DNA from: Elusimicrobiota bacterium
GTDB taxonomy: Bacteria; Elusimicrobiota; Elusimicrobia; Elusimicrobiales; UBA9959
Reading direction: 5' to 3'
Length of the DNA: 64,000 nucleotides
Assembly: GCA_037137395.1 (NCBI GenBank)
Contig: JBAXKK010000003.1
Coordinates: forward strand, 541 to 64,540
Shown here: piece by piece, positions 60,053 to 64,000 of the stretch
Position numbering within the stretch: the stretch's first letter is position 1
How the letters are laid out: each line of letters begins with the position of its first letter
The notes under the pieces: model-generated
The model's database searches: none
Told to the model about the DNA's origin: nothing
What the model saw: the letters and a program-made list of their open reading frames with translations, nothing else
Program-made: the position numbers and the translations under genes

Positions 60053-60937
60053 CTACTGGCTTTTAATCGCATCAAGATAAAGCGCGGCGGCGCCAAGTAT
60101 GGCGATATTTTCAGTGTCTGAAGCTTCAACCCTCACTCGCTCCAGCGCGCGGACAAAGGCGTAGCCGCGCATGGTCTCGCGCATCGTGCTTTCAAAAAAG
60201 CGGAACGCCTTGCTGACAGAGCCTCCCAGCACTATAATCTCAGGATCCACCGCGTACATTATTATTTTGAGCGCGGCGCCCACATGCCCGCCGAACTCTG
60301 AAAACATAGCTAGTGCTTTTGCGTCGCCCTTTTCGGCCAGTGCGAAAGCCCCGGCGCCGGTAATGCCGTATATCCTCTTAAAAAACTGTCCGCAGCAGTA
60401 ATCTTCCAATACGCCGTCGCGGTAAGGTACCATGCCGAATTCTCCGGCGCCGCAATTCGCGCCGGAGTAAAGCTTTCCGTTTGTTATGATTCCCGCGCCC
60501 AGGCCCGTGCCCATGATCAGCCCCACGGCGGAATCGCATGAGCGGGCCTTACCGAAATATTTTTCGCCGGCGGCAAAACAGTTGGCGTCGTTATTTACGC
60601 GGACGGGAACGCTATAGCGCTTTTCCAGTAGTTCCTTTAGGCGGATCTCCTTCCAGGATGGTATATTCTGAACATTATACACCACGCCAGTGGTCTGGTC
60701 TGCCACGCTGGGCACGCCCACACCCATGCCGGCCACTTCCCGCGACATTTCGCGGTCCGCCAGCTCGCACAATTGAGCAAAAACCTCCTGCTCCGTCCCG
60801 GCGGCGTTTATGAAAGCGGAGGAGGAATGTACGAGTTTACCGTCACGCACCAGCCCCACGCGGAAATTAGTGCCGCCTAAATCTGCTCCTAACACGTCCA
60901 TAGTCAGCCCTCCGCGATCTGTTATTCTATATTCCAA
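60053..60937 (-). CDS. ROK-family sugar kinase (glucokinase-like)
   Basis: VLGADLGGTNFRVGLV; NDANCFAAGE; GTGLGAGII...GAGEFGMVP. Confidence 0.82.
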   Translation of the reverse strand: MEYRITDRGGLTMDVLGADLGGTNFRVGLVRDGKLVHSSSAFINAAGTEQEVFAQLCELADREMSREVAGMGVGVPSVADQTTGVVYNVQNIPSWKEIRLKELLEKRYSVPVRVNNDANCFAAGEKYFGKARSCDSAVGLIMGTGLGAGIITNGKLYSGANCGAGEFGMVPYRDGVLEDYCCGQFFKRIYGITGAGAFALAEKGDAKALAMFSEFGGHVGAALKIIMYAVDPEIIVLGGSVSKAFRFFESTMRETMRGYAFVRALERVRVEASDTENIAILGAAALYLDAIKSQ

Positions 60938-63579
60938 CCGCGTATTTTAAGCGCCGGATCAGAACCGCCGGCGTCCCGCTTTAGATAATAGGCGCGCAGC
61001 ACGCGCTTCTCCCCGGGGAGGAGCGAAATAAAATTATCGTCCCAGAAAACCGGCGCGACAAATTCCTCTGTGCCCGACTTGTGCAGAACAAGCTCGACCG
61101 AGAAGGCCAATTGTTTTGCCGGGTTTACAAGTTCTACTTCAATATACCGTCGGCCCGTAGAGGACTCCGTGCCGTAATGATGCTTCTCCGATAACTTCAC
61201 CCGGGGAAGTCCGGCGAGCGCCGTCAGATCGCCATAGGATTTCACGGGGGTTACAGACCAGTCAAACTTAGCGTGATCCAGCACGTCCGGCACTGAGGAA
61301 AGGGCGTAGAAGTTCGCGTCCAGCAGTTTGCCACCGGCGCCGTAAACCCGCAGATCTATAAAATAGGTTTTTTCCGGCGGGTTGATGCCTGCCAGCCCGG
61401 CCAGGCGCACCGACCGGTTGGGGCCGAGGTCAGAGCTTGCGGCCTGCTCCTGCGTCACCACGGAGGCGGCATCCAGCGTCTTTAGCTCCACCCTTATGTT
61501 TCTATACTCCGTCAAGCCGCTGTTCACAAGGTAGACGCCTCCGTCCGAGGGATTGTAGACGGCGTGCAGCGGCGCGTTCGCCCTGCGGGCTCCGTAGAAC
61601 GCACCAGTCGGCGCGAGGTAATAATCAAAAAGCTGCCACCATAGCTTCGGCCACGCGGAGTTAAACATCCACTGGATTACGCCAGTCGAGTTAAATTTGG
61701 CGGCGTTGAAAGCCTCAAACATCGCCCGCACGCCATCGTAGTTCATGAGCTGAGCTTTGCGCTCGTAATCATTCAGATTTTCCGGCTTGCCGAACCTCGC
61801 GCTCATGGCCTCATTGTAGCGGCTGAGACCGTAAAATTTATTCCTGGCCGTGTGATACAGCCAGGTTTCGTCTATCGGCCAGAGGTGTTCCTTTGACAAC
61901 ATCCGCTCAAGACTTTCCCTAACCGGGATCTGCGGCCCCGGACCGGTTTCGGTATTGAAGCCGAACGCGCCTCCGCGGGTCTTATCCTCAAACCAATAAA
62001 CAGGCGGCACATAATCGTAAGGGCCGTTCATTTTAACGCCTGTGGGGCCGGTTATGTCACTGGTCTTCCACGAGGCCGCGGCAAGGAACGGCCTTGACGG
62101 ATCGTCGGCTTTCAGAATGGCCTGATACTCCTTCTCCAGCTCCGGGCTGGGCGGCAAATCGCTGCCGTAAAGCCAGACAAACAGCGCGGGATGGTTGCGC
62201 AGCCATCGCACATGGTCCTGCCACGAGCGGGCTATGAACTGCATATCGTCTTTGCTTCGGATGCCGCCGTAAGTCCCATCAGTTTCCTTGCCGAGAAATT
62301 CGGGCCATTCCCACTGGCAGCTCCAGCCGGCCATCAAAAGGATTCCGGCCTCGTCGCAGGCGTCGTATAATTCTTCATCAGAGCCCCAAAAGGATTCCAG
62401 CCTTATGGTGTTAAGCCCCATGTGCCTGGCATACGCCAGTTGCGAGCGCACCTTTTCGCGGGACTGGCGCATAAAAATATCGTCCGTCCAGCCGCCGCCG
62501 CGGATAAGGATCGGCCTGCCGTTTATCCTGAAGCCGCGGTGCCCCTCCGGGGTCATGTAATCCGAAACCTGGCGCACCCCGAACCGCAGCGCGCTGGAAT
62601 CCGACACCGCCCTCCCGGTTTTAAATTCCAATTTTAGGGAGTAGAGCTCCGGCTTGCCAAAATCATGCGGCCACCATAAGCGCGGGTTCTTCAGCGACAG
62701 CTCCGGATAATCCTGCGGGGCAAACCCGATAATCGCGCTTTGTCCGGCGGCAAGTTCAACCTTCTTTGAAAAATGAATATGCCCTATTTCGCCCGACACT
62801 TCGCCCGATATGGCGGCGGAAGTATCGTTGCGCGCTTCCACGGTAATGGCCAGGTTGGCGGTTTTAAGCGTGTCGGTATCAACATCAGTCATTATATACG
62901 GGTTATGCAGCGAGACCGGCCCGGTCCGCAGCACGCGTACGCCGCGCCAGAGGCCCATGGCGGCATCGGGGGGCGGCGGATTCCAGTCAACGAAACCTAT
63001 GGTCGGATCTCCGGGCTTGGGCGGGAAAACTTCCACGGCAAGAGTGTTTACCCCTTCAGCCAAAACAATATCAGTAACATCGAAATCAAAGCGCCGGAAA
63101 GCGCCTTTGACGTCGCGCGCGTCCGCCACCTTGCGACCATTAAGCCAGATATTGGCGCGATAGTTTATACCATCGAACGCAAGCCTGGTCCTGGAAAGCC
63201 CAGACTGGCGCGAAAGCTTGAATTCGGTCCTGTACCACCACGCCCCGGCAAACGACGCGGTAGAAACCGAGGCCAGATTTTTTACCGCCAGAACGTCACC
63301 GTAAACTCCGTTGTCAACCAGCGTCCCCAGTACGGTAGCCGGAACAGAAGCCTTATTCCATCCGACCGGAACGAATGCCGCCCCGGAGATGACTCTTCCG
63401 TCCGCGCCCGCTTTATCGGCGGACTGGATAAGCCAGTTGTCGCGCAATTTAGTTTCGTAAGGCGTAGCGGCGCTGCCGCGCGCAGCGCACGGAGCGGGGC
63501 GCAAAGCGCCGGCCAAAACCAGGAACAGGATTATTATACGAGCCGAGGCGCGCCGGTAATTTTTCATATCTGGCTCCAT
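60922..63579 (-). CDS. secreted glycoside hydrolase family 2 (exo-beta-glucosaminidase / beta-mannosidase-like)
   Basis: Signal peptide. GH2 sugar-binding N-domain (FDGINYRANIWLNGRKV) and TIM-barrel region (INGRPILIRGGGWTDD...GLNTIRLESFWG...WSCQWEWPE). The stop region overlaps the ROK start by 16 nt. Confidence 0.8.
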   Translation of the reverse strand: MEPDMKNYRRASARIIILFLVLAGALRPAPCAARGSAATPYETKLRDNWLIQSADKAGADGRVISGAAFVPVGWNKASVPATVLGTLVDNGVYGDVLAVKNLASVSTASFAGAWWYRTEFKLSRQSGLSRTRLAFDGINYRANIWLNGRKVADARDVKGAFRRFDFDVTDIVLAEGVNTLAVEVFPPKPGDPTIGFVDWNPPPPDAAMGLWRGVRVLRTGPVSLHNPYIMTDVDTDTLKTANLAITVEARNDTSAAISGEVSGEIGHIHFSKKVELAAGQSAIIGFAPQDYPELSLKNPRLWWPHDFGKPELYSLKLEFKTGRAVSDSSALRFGVRQVSDYMTPEGHRGFRINGRPILIRGGGWTDDIFMRQSREKVRSQLAYARHMGLNTIRLESFWGSDEELYDACDEAGILLMAGWSCQWEWPEFLGKETDGTYGGIRSKDDMQFIARSWQDHVRWLRNHPALFVWLYGSDLPPSPELEKEYQAILKADDPSRPFLAAASWKTSDITGPTGVKMNGPYDYVPPVYWFEDKTRGGAFGFNTETGPGPQIPVRESLERMLSKEHLWPIDETWLYHTARNKFYGLSRYNEAMSARFGKPENLNDYERKAQLMNYDGVRAMFEAFNAAKFNSTGVIQWMFNSAWPKLWWQLFDYYLAPTGAFYGARRANAPLHAVYNPSDGGVYLVNSGLTEYRNIRVELKTLDAASVVTQEQAASSDLGPNRSVRLAGLAGINPPEKTYFIDLRVYGAGGKLLDANFYALSSVPDVLDHAKFDWSVTPVKSYGDLTALAGLPRVKLSEKHHYGTESSTGRRYIEVELVNPAKQLAFSVELVLHKSGTEEFVAPVFWDDNFISLLPGEKRVLRAYYLKRDAGGSDPALKIRGWNIE

Positions 63580-63590
63580 AAATGCGGAAA

Positions 63591-63620
63591 TTTACATCTA
63601 ATAAAACAAAATGTTACCAT
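63591..63620 (+). promoter_or_regulatory. possible promoter of the permease gene
   Basis: TTTACA, an 18-nt spacer, then TACCAT; SD AAGAGGA precedes ATG 63642. Confidence 0.3.
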
Positions 63621-63641
63621 ATTGCTAAGAGGACATAAACT

Positions 63642-64000
63642 ATGCCGACACAGGAAAAGACAGCCGGTTTGCCAGGGCTTAGACGCACGCTTACGCTTTG
63701 GGATCTTATACTTTACGGCGTTATAGTCATCCAGCCCACCGCGCCCATGTCGGTTTTCGGCGTGCTGAGCGAAAAGGGACATGGACATGTAGTTACCACT
63801 ATTTTGCTGGCTATGATCGGCATGCTTTTCACGGCCATAAGCTACGGGCGCATGGCTCGCGCGTATCCGAGCGCCGGTTCAGCTTTTACCTATGTAGGAC
63901 AGGAAATAAACCCCGCTTTGGGCTATGTTACCGGCTGGAGCATGGTGATGGACTACATGCTCAACCCCATGATCTGCATCATATGGATAAGCCAGCAGGC
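63642..64000 (+). CDS. APC-superfamily amino acid/polyamine permease (N-terminal part; runs off the right edge)
   Basis: Hand translation gives MPTQEKTAGLPGLRRTLTLWDLILYGVIVIQPTAPMSVFGVLSEKGHGHVVTTILLAMIGMLFTAISYGRMARAYPSAGSAFTYVGQE..., a typical APC TM1-TM3. Confidence 0.8.
   Translation, partial: MPTQEKTAGLPGLRRTLTLWDLILYGVIVIQPTAPMSVFGVLSEKGHGHVVTTILLAMIGMLFTAISYGRMARAYPSAGSAFTYVGQEINPALGYVTGWSMVMDYMLNPMICIIWISQQ

Overview
This 64-kb window comes from a diderm bacterium: it encodes a TolC-type protein, a secretin and a PorV-like barrel. GC is roughly 50-55% by eye, and the lineage cannot be assigned from sequence alone. Nearly all genes are on the minus strand.
- 1-12.5 kb: an S10/spc-type ribosomal cluster (rplC to rplO, then secY, adk, map). 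It lacks rpsJ and rpmD, starts from a near-consensus promoter with a ~320-nt leader, and is interrupted by long intercistronic hairpin repeats.
- 12.9-21 kb: an orphan flbD-like gene, a 765-aa coiled-coil protein, and a stand-alone ~195-nt sRNA gene with a consensus promoter and intrinsic terminator. These are followed by an S41 peptidase homolog lacking both catalytic residues, a Cys-rich anchored protein, and a satellite TadE/TadG/Flp cluster.
- 21-30 kb: a signalling island. It holds a NarL-type response regulator, a REC-histidine kinase hybrid, a Cache/HAMP histidine kinase, a CheY-like protein, an OmpR-like pseudo-receiver, a HAMP-only sensor and a secreted thioredoxin-fold protein.
- 30-44.7 kb: an atypical Tad/Flp pilus operon. 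It encodes a TadZ-TadA fusion, a 240-aa secretin, an N-terminally extended TadB, two Flp pilins, and a PorV/PorQ-like barrel next to a 1053-aa FlgD-Ig/CTD repeat protein.
- 44.9-53.6 kb: a GGDEF protein, an SBP-like protein, tsaD, and ctp-envC-ftsX.
- 54-60 kb (plus strand): a TetR domain fused in frame to a TolC-like protein, then an RND adaptor and pump.
- 60-64 kb: a ROK kinase, a GH2 hydrolase and a partial APC permease.
I saw no rRNA, tRNA, CRISPR, transposase or phage genes. A striking window-wide feature is that intergenic spacers are built from imperfect inverted repeats of short tandem words; there are several word vocabularies and two heptanucleotide microsatellites. All calls come from reading translations and motifs by eye. 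No database search or folding computation was possible.
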